Shown one piece after another: positions 11,402 to 21,995 of a stretch of 64,000 nt of DNA. The translations under genes were made by a program, and so were the position numbers. The notes below the pieces were generated by a model. The model was not told the DNA's origin and did no database searches. It saw only the letters and a program-made list of their open reading frames with translations. Position 1 is the stretch's first letter. Every line of letters starts with the position of its first letter. The stretch is from Candidatus Caldarchaeum sp. (lineage in GTDB: Archaea > Thermoproteota > Nitrososphaeria_A > Caldarchaeales > Caldarchaeaceae): contig JAWBRA010000001.1 of assembly GCA_038844785.1 (NCBI GenBank), positions 1-64,000 of the forward strand. The letters are read 5' to 3'.

Positions 11402-12493
11402 ATGGATTTAGAGAGGCGGATGGAGCTCATAACGCGGCCGCCCACCGAGGAGGTCATCACAGAGGAGGAGCTCAGGCTGCTGCTGGAGACGGAGCAGCAT
11501 CCAATAGCTTACGACGGGTTTGAACCAAGTGGGCTGGCCCACATACCGTTCGCTCTTTTGAGAGCCATAAAGCTGAGAGACATGCTTGAAGCCCAGTGCA
11601 GGTTCAAGCTGCTGCTGGCCGACTGGCATGCGGCCATAAACAGGAAGATGGGCGGGGATTTGGAGAAAATAAAACGGGTTGGAGAATATTTCATAGAGGT
11701 TTGGAAAGCTTCTGGAATCGACGTCAACAGGGTTGACATAGTTTGGGCAAGCGACATGGCCTCCGACAGGGATTATTGGAAGCTTGTGGTAGAGGTTTTA
11801 AGAAACACCACTCTAAGACGCGTTCTTAGATGTTTGCCTATCATGGGTAGGAGGGAGGGAGAGCTTCAGGAAGCGGCTCAGCTTCTATATCCCGGTATGC
11901 AGGTTGCTGACATCTTCACCCTAGGAGCTAGGATATGTCAGCTAGGCTTGGACCAGCGAAGAGCAAACATTTTGGCCAGGGAGCTTGGCCCGAAGCTCGG
12001 TTTCTGGAAGCCCGTAGCAGTCCATCACCACATGTTAATGGGTTTGTCCGGTCCAATTGGTCCAACGGGGCTTGAAGAGGAAGAAGCCTTAGACGTCCAA
12101 ATAAGCTCAAAGATGAGTAAAAGCATCCCCGAGTCAAGCATATACGTCCACGATGATTACGAGACGATTAAACGGAAAATTCACAACGCTTACTGCCCGC
12201 CGCGGCAAGTGGCCGGAAACCCAGTTCTCGAATACTGCAAGTTCATCATATTTCCGTTAAAGAATGTTTTGCACGTTGAACGACCTTCAAAGTATGGCGG
12301 TAGCGTCGACTACACAAGCTACCAGCAAGTTGAGAAAGATTTTGTGGACGGCAGCCTCCACCCGTTAGACCTTAAGAACGCTGTAGCAGAGGCGTTGAAT
12401 GAGCTTCTGGCCCCCGTGAGAAAATGGTTTGAAACAAATTCAAGGGCAAGAGAGCTTTACGAATTTGTGAGCAAGCAGGAAATCACACGATGA
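11402..12493 (+). CDS. tyrS: Tyrosyl-tRNA synthetase (archaeal type)
   Basis: [34 protein letters not shown]; start trimmed to MDLERR. Confidence 0.93.
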   Translation: MDLERRMELITRPPTEEVITEEELRLLLETEQHPIAYDGFEPSGLAHIPFALLRAIKLRDMLEAQCRFKLLLADWHAAINRKMGGDLEKIKRVGEYFIEVWKASGIDVNRVDIVWASDMASDRDYWKLVVEVLRNTTLRRVLRCLPIMGRREGELQEAAQLLYPGMQVADIFTLGARICQLGLDQRRANILARELGPKLGFWKPVAVHHHMLMGLSGPIGPTGLEEEEALDVQISSKMSKSIPESSIYVHDDYETIKRKIHNAYCPPRQVAGNPVLEYCKFIIFPLKNVLHVERPSKYGGSVDYTSYQQVEKDFVDGSLHPLDLKNAVAEALNELLAPVRKWFETNSRARELYEFVSKQEITR

Positions 12494-12582
12494 AAATTTT
12501 TTGCAGCCGAATGCTTGTTTTTATCAGATGTGTTTTGGCCGAAAGTAAAATCTTATAAGGTGTTCGGAGCAGTAGTTAGGCC

Positions 12583-15500
12583 ATGGCTGTCGCGGAACAA
12601 TCAACACCTCATCTGCCAGAGCGCAAGGGGCTTGTAGTTAAGAGGTTTTACACAGACGGAAGAGATGTTTTCTCCTACTTTAAGTGGGAGAGGAGAACCT
12701 CGCAGATAAAAGACCTCGCCGGCAACATCATCTTTGAGATGAAGGATGTTGAGGTCCCTAATTTCTGGTCTCAAGTAGCCACAGACATCCTTGCACAGAA
12801 ATATTTTCGCAAAACAGGTGTACCCCAACACGATGAGCATGGAAACCTTTTGACAGACGAAAACGGGAGACCTGTTCTCGGACCGGAGAGGTCGCTCAAA
12901 CAGGTTGTAAGGAGGCTTGCCGGCTGCTGGAGGTTCTGGGGAGAGAAACTAGGTTATTTTTATTCACAAGAAGATGCGCAAGCTTTTCAAGACGAGATAG
13001 AGTACATGTTGATCGCTCAGATAGCCTCGCCAAACTCGCCGCAGTGGTTCAACACTGGAATCCACTGGGCCTACGGAATAGAGGGGCCGCCGCAGGGACA
13101 TTATTACTATGATGAAGAGCTCCAGGCGGTGGTTCCCTCCAAAGACGCATACTCCCGTCCACAGGCACACGCCTGCTTTATACTCTCCATCAAAGATGAT
13201 TTGGTGAACCCCGGCGGCATAATGGACACATGGGTTAAGCAGGCGCGTATATACAAGTACGGTAGCGGCGAAGGCTGTAACTACTCTACGCTCAGGGCTA
13301 AAGGTGAGCCTTTGTCGGGGGGAGGTGTTTCCAGCGGAGTCATGTCTTTCCTGAAGGTCGGCGACGCTGTCGCAGGCTCGATAAAATCCGGCGGAACTAC
13401 CCGCAGAGCAGCGAAAATGGTTGTGCTGAACATCGACCACCCCGAAATTGAGGATTTTATCGACTGGAAGGTAAAGGAGGAGAGGAAGGTTGCAGCGTTA
13501 GTAGCTGCCGGATATCCCGCCGACTTTGAGGGAGAGGCTTACCAAACCGTCTCAGGCCAGAACTCCAACAACTCGGTCAGGGTTACTAACGAGTTTATGA
13601 GAGCTGTTTTGGACGACGGCGAATGGGCTCTAAGATGGAGGACTGACGTAAGAGTTGTGAAGAAAGTTAAAGCAAGGTATCTGTGGGAGAAGATTGCGAG
13701 AGCTGCATGGTCTTGCGCAGATCCGGGTCTCCAGTTCGACACAACCATCAACGATTGGAACACCTGCCCCGAGACAGGCAGGATAAACGCTACAAACCCA
13801 TGCTCCGAGTTCAACTTCCTAGACAACACCGCATGCAACCTAGCCTCGCTAAACCTCGTCAAATTCTACGACGAGGAAAAGGGTGTGTTTATGGTTGACG
13901 CCTTCAAACACGCCGTCAGGCTCTGGACGATTGTTTTAGAAATAACCGTGGCCATGGCCCAGTATCCAAGCGCGGAAATAGCCGAGATGAGCTACAGAAC
14001 CAGGAGCCTAGGCCTCGGCTACGCCAACTTAGGCGGATTATTGATGAGAATGGGGCTGCCGTACGACAGTGACGCAGCCAGGGCTGTGGCTGCAGCGGTC
14101 ACGGCTTTGATGACTGCTGAGGTTTACGCAACATCTGCGGAGATAGCGAGCGTTAAAGGGCCTTTCGCCGAGTATGAGAGAAACCGGAGACACATGCTGC
14201 GTGTTTTGAGAAACCACAGACGCGCAATATATGGCGCTAAGCCGGAAGAGTATGAAGGTTTGGAGATAAGACCATATCTTCCGCCGTTAGAGCTTTGTGA
14301 AAAATACATCCTCGACGCAGCAAGGTCTGCCTGGGATAGGGCGTTGGAGATGTGCGAAAAATACGGGGCTAGAAACGCTCAAGCAACTCTGATAGCGCCA
14401 ACCGGAACCATAGGTCTTCTAATGGACTGCGACACCCTGGGGATAGAGCCTGACTTTTCGATCGTTAAAATGAAGAAACTTGTGGGAGGTGGCTATTTCA
14501 AACTTGTCAACAGGTCTTTGGAGCCTGCTCTCAGAAAACTGGGGTACAGCCCACGGCAGATTCAGGACATCATTCAGTACGTGATAGGGACAAACACGTT
14601 GTACGGAAGCCAGCCCGTCAATGCAACCGCTCTAAAAGCACGTGGTCTTACGGAAGCCGAGATTCAGAAAATTGAACAGCTTCTCCCCTCGGTAACGAGT
14701 TTTAAGGACGTCTTCAACATCAACGTGCTAGGGCCTGAGTTTTTCAAGAGGCTGGGCATGCAAGAGAACGTGTACAAAGACCCGTCCTTCAACTTGCTGA
14801 AATACTTGGGCTTCAGCGACCACGAGATTGAGGTTTCTGAGGAGATAGTCTGCGGGGCTTTGACGGTAGAGGGTGCTCCCCACTTAAAGCCGGAGCATTA
14901 CGCTGTTTTTGACTGCGCCGTCCCATCGGGGCGGAAGGGTAGAAGGTTCATACACTACCGTGCTCACCTGCTCATGATGGCTGCCGTCCAGCCCTTCCTC
15001 AGCGGCGGAATAAGCAAGACAGTGAACATGCCCAACTCGGCCACAGTCGAAGATGTGGCGTCCGTGTTCATGGATGCATGGAGAATGGGGCTTAAATGCA
15101 TAGCAATTTACAGGGATGGGAGCAAGCTCTCGCAACCACTTTCAACAAAGATACCCAAGGAGGAAGCTACGCCAAAACCTGTGAGAAGAAGGCTGCCAGC
15201 CGAAAGAACCGCTGTCACCCACAAATTCAGGGTCGGGGAGCAGGAGGGATACATAACCGTCGGTCTCTACGAAGACGGCACGCCCGGAGAGATATTCATC
15301 AAGATGGCGAAAGAAGGCAGTACTCTAGCTGGCTTGATGGATTCTTTCTCGATCGTGACCTCTATAGCCCTTCAGTATGGTGTGCCGTTAAAAGTGCTTG
15401 TCGACAAATTCATTCACACGAGGTTCGAGCCCTCGGGATACACAGACAATCCAAAGATAAGGTTCGCCAAGTCCGTAGTTGACTATGTCTTCAGATGGCT

Positions 15501-15711
15501 TGCGTTGAAATTCCTCTCAGAGGAAGATCGTGCGGAGCTGGGGCTGGACGACGGAGAAGACCGTGAAGCAGTTTCCCTCGCTGAAAAGGTTGTGACAGTG
15601 AAGGCGCCTGCACCCGATGCACCCGCCTGCCCCGAGTGCGGAAGCATAATGGCTAGAAGCGGAACCTGTTACGTCTGCGTTAACTGCGGTGCCACAACCG
15701 GCTGCTCCTAA
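12583..15711 (+). CDS. nrdJ: Adenosylcobalamin-dependent (class II) ribonucleotide reductase with C-terminal TSCPD/Zn-ribbon
   Basis: PNSPQWFNTG, HACFI, TNPCSE, IAPTGTI, ISKTVN; ends CPECG...CVNCGATTGCS. Confidence 0.95.
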   Translation: MAVAEQSTPHLPERKGLVVKRFYTDGRDVFSYFKWERRTSQIKDLAGNIIFEMKDVEVPNFWSQVATDILAQKYFRKTGVPQHDEHGNLLTDENGRPVLGPERSLKQVVRRLAGCWRFWGEKLGYFYSQEDAQAFQDEIEYMLIAQIASPNSPQWFNTGIHWAYGIEGPPQGHYYYDEELQAVVPSKDAYSRPQAHACFILSIKDDLVNPGGIMDTWVKQARIYKYGSGEGCNYSTLRAKGEPLSGGGVSSGVMSFLKVGDAVAGSIKSGGTTRRAAKMVVLNIDHPEIEDFIDWKVKEERKVAALVAAGYPADFEGEAYQTVSGQNSNNSVRVTNEFMRAVLDDGEWALRWRTDVRVVKKVKARYLWEKIARAAWSCADPGLQFDTTINDWNTCPETGRINATNPCSEFNFLDNTACNLASLNLVKFYDEEKGVFMVDAFKHAVRLWTIVLEITVAMAQYPSAEIAEMSYRTRSLGLGYANLGGLLMRMGLPYDSDAARAVAAAVTALMTAEVYATSAEIASVKGPFAEYERNRRHMLRVLRNHRRAIYGAKPEEYEGLEIRPYLPPLELCEKYILDAARSAWDRALEMCEKYGARNAQATLIAPTGTIGLLMDCDTLGIEPDFSIVKMKKLVGGGYFKLVNRSLEPALRKLGYSPRQIQDIIQYVIGTNTLYGSQPVNATALKARGLTEAEIQKIEQLLPSVTSFKDVFNINVLGPEFFKRLGMQENVYKDPSFNLLKYLGFSDHEIEVSEEIVCGALTVEGAPHLKPEHYAVFDCAVPSGRKGRRFIHYRAHLLMMAAVQPFLSGGISKTVNMPNSATVEDVASVFMDAWRMGLKCIAIYRDGSKLSQPLSTKIPKEEATPKPVRRRLPAERTAVTHKFRVGEQEGYITVGLYEDGTPGEIFIKMAKEGSTLAGLMDSFSIVTSIALQYGVPLKVLVDKFIHTRFEPSGYTDNPKIRFAKSVVDYVFRWLALKFLSEEDRAELGLDDGEDREAVSLAEKVVTVKAPAPDAPACPECGSIMARSGTCYVCVNCGATTGCS

Positions 15712-15750
15712 AACTAAAAAGCTGCTTCGGAGCCCGCTAACCGAGGAGTT

Positions 15751-17217
15751 ATGGTTGACTTTACCCCTACGCTTAACGCTCTAATAATCTTCACCGTCGT
15801 CGCCCCAATAATCTCCCTCGTTGCAAGAAGATATAGGACGCCGAAGTTGATGGATGTTTACGGGTCGCTGGCTTTAGGGGTTTCGTTTGCTATAGCTCTC
15901 CAACAGGCCCAGACAGTTTTCGCCGGAACGGTTTATACAGTGTCCTTTGGACCAGCTTCATCCATAATCTATGTTGACACTTTGTCGGCCTTCCTCTCAC
16001 TCATCTTCATATGGGTAGGGCTTATGGCCAGCATTTTCTCAGTCGGGTACATAGGGGAGAGAAAGCCTGAGTTTTACCCGCTGCTGATAGCGTTGGTTAC
16101 CGCGATGGTGGGAGTTGTCTTCTCCGGCGACCTCTTCACGTTTTTCGTCTTCTGGGAGATGATGTCGATATCGTCGTATCTATTGGTTGCGTTCAGATAC
16201 CGTTCGTGGGAGGCTGTCGAAGCATCCTTCAAATATCTGGTTATGAGTGCGGCCGGCGCCTCAGCCATACTCTTTGGAATGTCTCTTCTTTACGGGATGG
16301 CTGGAACCCTTGAGATAAGCAAGCTCGCCTCAGTTATAGGAACGGCTGCCGCAGCGGGAGAGCCGTGGAGCTATCTGACGATAGCTTTCCTCGTGACAGG
16401 TTTCGGCGTAAACGCTGCGATGGCTCCCTTCCATTCATGGCTTCCCGACGCCCACCCCGCCGCACCAAGCCCGATAAGCGCGATGCTTTCAGGAGTAGTA
16501 ATAAAGACCGGCGTCTACGCCATGTTCCGGATAATGCTCGGCGTCTTTCCGCCAGTTTTCTTCGACTGGAGGCTGGGCTTAGCTCTTTTCGCCGTCCTCA
16601 CGATGACTGTTGGAAACTTGCTGGCTTTGATGCAGGAAGATATCAAAAGACTGCTGGCTTTCAGCTCGATAGCCCACATCGGTTACATTGTGTTCGGGCT
16701 CAGCGTAGCCAACGTTACAGGCGTGGCTGGAGGCCTCTTCCACGTCTTGAACCATGCTCTGATGAAAGCCCTCCTCTTCTTAGGCGCCGGAGTCTTCATC
16801 CATGCAGCTGCCACCAGAAACATAGACCATCTAGCGGGGATAGGCAAGAAACTACCTTTTGCGTCTACCTGTTTTGCGATTGGGGCTTTATCCCTCGCCG
16901 GCATACCTGGGTTGAACGTTTTCTGGAGCGAGTTCACGATCGTCACCGCAGCATTGTCGGCTGGACAGGTATACACGGTTCTCGCAGCTGTGATGATAGT
17001 AAATATCTTGATTGGCGTGGCTTACTACATTCGGCTTGTGCAGTCGATATTCCTTAAGGAGCCTTCAGACGCGCTCAAAAACCTCAAACCCGTTGGAGCT
17101 AGCATGAGAACACCTCTCCTCCTTTTAGCCATGCTAGCATTTCTGATAGGCGTCTACCCAACGCCTTTTCTAAACGCCACCCTACAAATCTCATCCATCA
17201 TAACCGCCAGCCCCTAA
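15751..17217 (+). CDS. Proton-conducting membrane subunit (NuoN/MrpD-like)
   Basis: FVFWEMM, EASFKY, PFHSWLPDAHPAAP, KRLLAFSS. Confidence 0.85.
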   Translation: MVDFTPTLNALIIFTVVAPIISLVARRYRTPKLMDVYGSLALGVSFAIALQQAQTVFAGTVYTVSFGPASSIIYVDTLSAFLSLIFIWVGLMASIFSVGYIGERKPEFYPLLIALVTAMVGVVFSGDLFTFFVFWEMMSISSYLLVAFRYRSWEAVEASFKYLVMSAAGASAILFGMSLLYGMAGTLEISKLASVIGTAAAAGEPWSYLTIAFLVTGFGVNAAMAPFHSWLPDAHPAAPSPISAMLSGVVIKTGVYAMFRIMLGVFPPVFFDWRLGLALFAVLTMTVGNLLALMQEDIKRLLAFSSIAHIGYIVFGLSVANVTGVAGGLFHVLNHALMKALLFLGAGVFIHAAATRNIDHLAGIGKKLPFASTCFAIGALSLAGIPGLNVFWSEFTIVTAALSAGQVYTVLAAVMIVNILIGVAYYIRLVQSIFLKEPSDALKNLKPVGASMRTPLLLLAMLAFLIGVYPTPFLNATLQISSIITASP

Positions 17218-17248
17218 CCTTAAGAACAGCCTCGTAAAACATTTCTTA

Positions 17249-18355
17249 GTGAGCCCGAAAAAGCCGAGCGAACACAGGCAGAAGCCTGTCGAAGCGCAGA
17301 AGATCGTGCTAGAGAGAATAAGACAGCTAGCCAGGTCGATCGTCAAGTCAATAGAAAACCAGGAGTTTCCACAGCTAGAGATACCTGCTAGGACGACTGC
17401 AAACATCGAGTATGATGCAAAGCTACGTCAGTACGTACTCGGCTCCCGTAAGATCATAAGAACTGCAAAGAACATCAAGCACTTGAGGCCGTTGGCCCAG
17501 CTCTGCTGGATGACAATGTTCTCAGCCCAGCTCATTACGTCTAAGAAAACCAGCACTTTGAGAGACGCTTTCTACAACGCCCTAGGGTACGGCGTAGATT
17601 TTGAAGACCAGCAGGAAAGCGATGAAGCGGTTACAGAGCTTGAGACATTGGTCGGAACCGTCAGAGAAGACTTTAACATATATCCCGAGGAGAGGTCAAG
17701 CATTTTCGGTCCAATGGTAATCGAATACACGGTCCCAGGATACGAGGGGAGACGGCTTGACCTCACCACAATTCCAGACGGAGCTATGATCGGCCCTGCG
17801 ATGACCACGGCGGAGTTTATCAGATGCCAGGCTGAACAAGTCTTCGTAGTTGAAAAGGGTGCAATCTACCAACGTTTTCTCGAAGAGAATGTTCCTCAGA
17901 AATACAGGGCGATAGTTGTGCATACGGCTGGTCAAGCGCCTCGGGCGACTCGGAAGTTTATCCGCCGTCTCAACCAAGAGCTTGGGCTGCCGGTCTACAT
18001 ATTCAGCGATGCAGACCCTTGGGGGATGCATATAGCTAGCGTGATAATTTTTGGGTCGGCTTTGTCGGCGCATGTGAGGGAGCTGAATGTTCCGGATGGG
18101 GTTTGGGCTGGGCTGTGGGCAAGCGACATAACCAAGTATAAACTGCCGTCAATGAAATTTAACGAAGAAGACATCCGGAGGGTGGCTGAGCTTGAAAAAG
18201 ACCCACGCTACGTACATGACCCGTGGAAACGTGAAATAAACAATTTCAAGAAGATGCAGAGGAAGGCTGAGCTGGAGGCCCTTAGCCGCTACGGCCTCGA
18301 ATACATAGTCACAGACTACCTTCCTGAGAAGCTGGCTGAAGTTACAAAGCGCTAG
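17249..18355 (+). CDS. top6A: DNA topoisomerase VI subunit A
   Basis: TLRDAFY catalytic Tyr region; TOPRIM VVEK and DADPWG; KAELEAL. Confidence 0.93.
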   Translation: MSPKKPSEHRQKPVEAQKIVLERIRQLARSIVKSIENQEFPQLEIPARTTANIEYDAKLRQYVLGSRKIIRTAKNIKHLRPLAQLCWMTMFSAQLITSKKTSTLRDAFYNALGYGVDFEDQQESDEAVTELETLVGTVREDFNIYPEERSSIFGPMVIEYTVPGYEGRRLDLTTIPDGAMIGPAMTTAEFIRCQAEQVFVVEKGAIYQRFLEENVPQKYRAIVVHTAGQAPRATRKFIRRLNQELGLPVYIFSDADPWGMHIASVIIFGSALSAHVRELNVPDGVWAGLWASDITKYKLPSMKFNEEDIRRVAELEKDPRYVHDPWKREINNFKKMQRKAELEALSRYGLEYIVTDYLPEKLAEVTKR

Positions 18356-18359
18356 AGAT

Positions 18360-19154
18360 GTGGCTGGATTGAGGCTTCTTGAAGGACATCCAGCCCTGAT
18401 TGTTGAAAAACCGTACAGAGCGGTCGCCGTAGCAGACCTTCACATAGGTTTTGAGGAAGAGCTTAGAATGCGGGGAGTTAGGGTGCCGTTGCAAAGCCGT
18501 AAGATAGTCAACGAGCTGGTGCAGCTGGTTGAAAACACAGATGCGGATAAGCTGATAGTTGTGGGTGATTTGAAACACAACGTAACCGGCCCTTCAAGCC
18601 TCGAATCGGAGATTCTTCCAAAATTTTTGAGGGAACTCAGAAAACATGTTGACGAAATAATCGTGTTGCCCGGAAATCACGACGGCCGGATTGAAAGAGT
18701 TCTTGGAGAGTTTGCAACCTTCTATCCGTCTCGGGGCATGTTTGTTGAGGAGGAGAAGCTTGCTTTCACACATGGTCATGTCAAGCCTTACAAAAATCTC
18801 GTGAAAGCCTCCGTCATCGTCACAGGCCATCTGCATCCTGTTTTAAGAATAGGCGTGGGAGAGGCTGGCGCGCGGCTTAGGGTTTGGCTTAAGCTCAAGG
18901 GCTCGAGAAAACAGCTTTACGAAGCCTTGTACGGCGAAACATGTCCCGGTTTGAAAGGCGATGTAACCCTTCTGATAATGCCCAGCTTCAACAGCATGCT
19001 GCAAGGCAGGTCTATAGTGGATTTAAGCCTCTCAAAACTGGTCAGAGGCCCCTTGCTTAACACCGGTGTTTTCGACATCGATAAGGCTGAGGTCATCGCC
19101 CTAGACGGCTCGGTGCTGGGCAGTTTAGGAAGGCTTAGGGAGATTATCGCATGA
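18360..19154 (+). CDS. Calcineurin-like metallophosphoesterase
   Basis: DLHIG, GDLKH, GNHD, HGH, GHLHP. Confidence 0.88.
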   Translation: MAGLRLLEGHPALIVEKPYRAVAVADLHIGFEEELRMRGVRVPLQSRKIVNELVQLVENTDADKLIVVGDLKHNVTGPSSLESEILPKFLRELRKHVDEIIVLPGNHDGRIERVLGEFATFYPSRGMFVEEEKLAFTHGHVKPYKNLVKASVIVTGHLHPVLRIGVGEAGARLRVWLKLKGSRKQLYEALYGETCPGLKGDVTLLIMPSFNSMLQGRSIVDLSLSKLVRGPLLNTGVFDIDKAEVIALDGSVLGSLGRLREIIA

Positions 19155-19501
19155 ACGAAGAGCTCAGCAAAATTGAGAGAGATTATCCTACACTTTTCGA
19201 AGAAGCCTACGAATGCGTACGCGCTAGAAGGGTGAAGAAGTATGTCTTCAAGCCTAGCAACAGGGTTAGATGGGTTGTTGTCGGAAAAACACGCGATTAC
19301 GTGGTCATGACAGCCGTGGGATACTGTTCATGCGAGGACTTCTTCTTCCGTGTCATGAGCCATGAGAAACCCATGTGCTACCACATCTTAGCCGTCAAGA
19401 TAGCCGAGCAGACTGAGCAGTACGAGGTCATCGAAGAATCCGATGAATGGCATTGGCGGCTGATGCATGAATGGGTTATGGAATATAGGCAGCGTGGCTA
19501 G
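19151..19501 (+). CDS. SWIM zinc-finger protein
   Basis: CSCEDF...CYH (CxC-xn-CxH). Confidence 0.8.
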   Translation: MNEELSKIERDYPTLFEEAYECVRARRVKKYVFKPSNRVRWVVVGKTRDYVVMTAVGYCSCEDFFFRVMSHEKPMCYHILAVKIAEQTEQYEVIEESDEWHWRLMHEWVMEYRQRG

Positions 19502-19857
19502 GTTTTTCTCAGATAAGCGTCCTCCCCCCTAAGCCAATCCTCCCGCGGCGGTGAGAACACATCCACCACGAAGCTGTCCTCAACCGCCTCAGCCGCGTGA
19601 CCAACGTTGGAAGGTATGACGAACACGCATCCTTCCCGCACCAAATGCTCTGTGCCGTCTTCTAAGGTAAACTTCATCGCGCCAGTCAGAACATATGAAA
19701 CTTGTTCGTTGTGATGTTTGTGCATGGGCACTCTAGCTCCCTTGCTAATCCGAAACTGTGCCAGCATAACCCGCTCTCCCACAACTATCCTCCTCCAAAC
19801 ATCCTCACGAAGCTTTTCCCAAGGGATGTCATCCCACTTTAGGTTTTTTGCGGCCAT
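19498..19857 (-). CDS. Cupin-domain protein
   Basis: PMHKHHNEQ...G, IPSNVGH, DVFSPPREDW. Confidence 0.88.
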   Translation of the reverse strand: MAAKNLKWDDIPWEKLREDVWRRIVVGERVMLAQFRISKGARVPMHKHHNEQVSYVLTGAMKFTLEDGTEHLVREGCVFVIPSNVGHAAEAVEDSFVVDVFSPPREDWLRGEDAYLRKT

Positions 19858-19940
19858 GGTTGCCAGCAGGCCGCCAGATATAAAAGCTTTGGCGGAAAAC
19901 CCTCATCTTTAAAACATCAAAAAACATTGTTGGAAATGAG

Positions 19941-21086
19941 TTGGACAGCAAGATAAGAGAATACCTTGAGCTGAAGACGGGTGCCGGAGTCTCATACGTA
20001 AAATACTCGTTGATGGACAGGCTTCCATCAGTACGGTCGATTATATTCGACTGCGACGGAGTACTCATCGACGAAAAAACATCTTACGACCAGGTCATCA
20101 GAGATGTAGCTGCCCGGCTTGTCACTCTTTTGACAGGTTTCAAGATGACCGAGTCTATGATCCCCCCAGACGTGATATACAGAATAAGGTCTGTGGGAAG
20201 CTTCAACAACGACTGCGACACAATAACGCTTCTTGTTGAATGGGTTGTTAAGAGGTTTTCAGAGGACAACGATGTAAACCTTCAAAACAGGTTGGAGAAG
20301 TTTGAAGGAAAAACTGTAAGTGAGCTCGGTGAAATACTAAAGAGTCAGGAGGGGCTGAACAAGTTATCTGAAAAGCATGCTCTGGAGTGGTTTAAACAGC
20401 TTGAGAAAAGGCTTTCGCCTTTAGAGGGGACGGCTGCAGCCTTGAGAGAGGTTGAGTCCGAGCTGGGGATAAGCTCTGAGGATGTAGCCATGGTTAGGAA
20501 AATTCTGAACTATCCAGGAAAGTACGGCGACAGTCTGCTGACAACCGTGTTCGAAGAAGCTTTCTTCGGCTCCGACGAAGCGTCAAGGCTGAGGGGTTTA
20601 GGGCCTTTCTTTTCTTTTGAGGGAAGATTGAAGAACGAGAGGCTTTTGGTTAATGCGGAGACGTTGGAGAAACTATACGGCCGGGGCATTAGCATGGGCA
20701 TAAGCACCGGACGCGGGTCTTGGGAGACGTGGAAAACGCTTGGGCCGCTGTCGGAGTTCTTCGAGAAAAAAGCCTGCGTTTTCGTCGGCGACTTGGTGAC
20801 AGCCGAGCCTGACAAGAGAGAGAAATACGAGAAGCCCAGCCCATGGTCCTTGCTGGAAGCCGTCCAAAACCTACCTAGCCAGGGCGATGTGCTTTTTCTT
20901 GGTAACAGCGTGGAGGACTACGTGATGTTTACTAGGGCGAAGCCTGAAGTTGACCGTCTGCTTTTCGGCGGAGTATATGGAGTGGAGCAAGAGCTTGCCT
21001 ACTTCTTCATAGAGGGCGGTGCGGATGCTGTAATACCGAACGTCAACATACTTCCGAAAATTATTGAGCTGCTGGAGGAAGGTTAG
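19941..21086 (+). CDS. HAD-superfamily hydrolase with large cap
   Basis: IIFDCDGVL, STGR, KPSP, GNSVED. Confidence 0.75.
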   Translation: MDSKIREYLELKTGAGVSYVKYSLMDRLPSVRSIIFDCDGVLIDEKTSYDQVIRDVAARLVTLLTGFKMTESMIPPDVIYRIRSVGSFNNDCDTITLLVEWVVKRFSEDNDVNLQNRLEKFEGKTVSELGEILKSQEGLNKLSEKHALEWFKQLEKRLSPLEGTAAALREVESELGISSEDVAMVRKILNYPGKYGDSLLTTVFEEAFFGSDEASRLRGLGPFFSFEGRLKNERLLVNAETLEKLYGRGISMGISTGRGSWETWKTLGPLSEFFEKKACVFVGDLVTAEPDKREKYEKPSPWSLLEAVQNLPSQGDVLFLGNSVEDYVMFTRAKPEVDRLLFGGVYGVEQELAYFFIEGGADAVIPNVNILPKIIELLEEG

Positions 21087-21970
21087 GCCGGCAGTATCGT
21101 GCCTATTCCGTAAAGCTGTTCCAAGGCCTTTCCCAGCATGAAAGTGCCTAAAGCCACGGTAAACAGTATGGCGATGCTGAGGGCAAACTCTTTTTTAAAG
21201 TTCTTGTCCTGGATCACCGATGAGAAGTAGGTGAAGAAGGCTGTGAGCAAGGTAGCTGATGTTATTGAGGTGGCGAAGGCCGTTGTCATTTCTTTTATCA
21301 AGTAGTATGGGAGTGACAGCGCCGCAACAGTCAGCATGTAAAGGCCTCCTGTAACCAGGCCGGACACAGCGGGCCTTTCAGAAACGCCTTGTCGAGCCTG
21401 CAGATAGGATGCGGCGCCCATCGAGATGGCGGCCGCAATACCAACCATCAAACCGGCTATGCCGGCTGCGAGCGTTGAGCTGGTAACCCCGAGGAAACCC
21501 GCTTGAACCCCTGTCAACTCTATGATTGCATCGGCTACGCCAAGCATCATAAAACCAAGATATCTTGCAACAGCTTCGTCTATCTCGCTCACCAATCTTT
21601 TCTCTACTTCAGCTTCTTCGCTGATGATTTTCTCAATGGCCTGTCTTTCGCTGTTTGAAGGATCGAGGGATGAAGCCAGCTTCCTGTATGTTTCAAGAGT
21701 GTTTTTCTCATGGTTCTCCAGTGATTTGACCACAAACGTAACGCCTAACAATAAACGTGCGATCACCATTATGCGGAGATAGGCCGTTGAGACGCTTGGT
21801 TTGTAGCCTGGGATGTAAAGCAGCCAGAAGTTATAATGTCTTTTCTCCACCTCAGCCAACTTTTCCAAAGTTTTCCTGCGTAAGCCGTTCTTCTCCACGT
21901 TCGCCAAAATCTGGTAAACGTTAAAGTCTTTGAACTCGTTGTCTACGAATTTCTTGTAGTCGGTTTCCAC
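21083..21970 (-). CDS. Rubrerythrin/ferritin-like domain fused to VIT1/CCC1 membrane domain
   Basis: EKRH ferritin-like motif, then LGVADAIIELTG...AAISMGAASYL. Confidence 0.85.
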   Translation of the reverse strand: METDYKKFVDNEFKDFNVYQILANVEKNGLRRKTLEKLAEVEKRHYNFWLLYIPGYKPSVSTAYLRIMVIARLLLGVTFVVKSLENHEKNTLETYRKLASSLDPSNSERQAIEKIISEEAEVEKRLVSEIDEAVARYLGFMMLGVADAIIELTGVQAGFLGVTSSTLAAGIAGLMVGIAAAISMGAASYLQARQGVSERPAVSGLVTGGLYMLTVAALSLPYYLIKEMTTAFATSITSATLLTAFFTYFSSVIQDKNFKKEFALSIAILFTVALGTFMLGKALEQLYGIGTILPA

Positions 21971-21995
21971 GAGGTCTCCGAAGGGATGGCGTTAT

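Noticed and set aside
12583-15711. Intein or intron in nrdJ
   Set aside because: No intein splice or LAGLIDADG motifs seen; length is explained by the usual NrdJ insert and the TSCPD domain.
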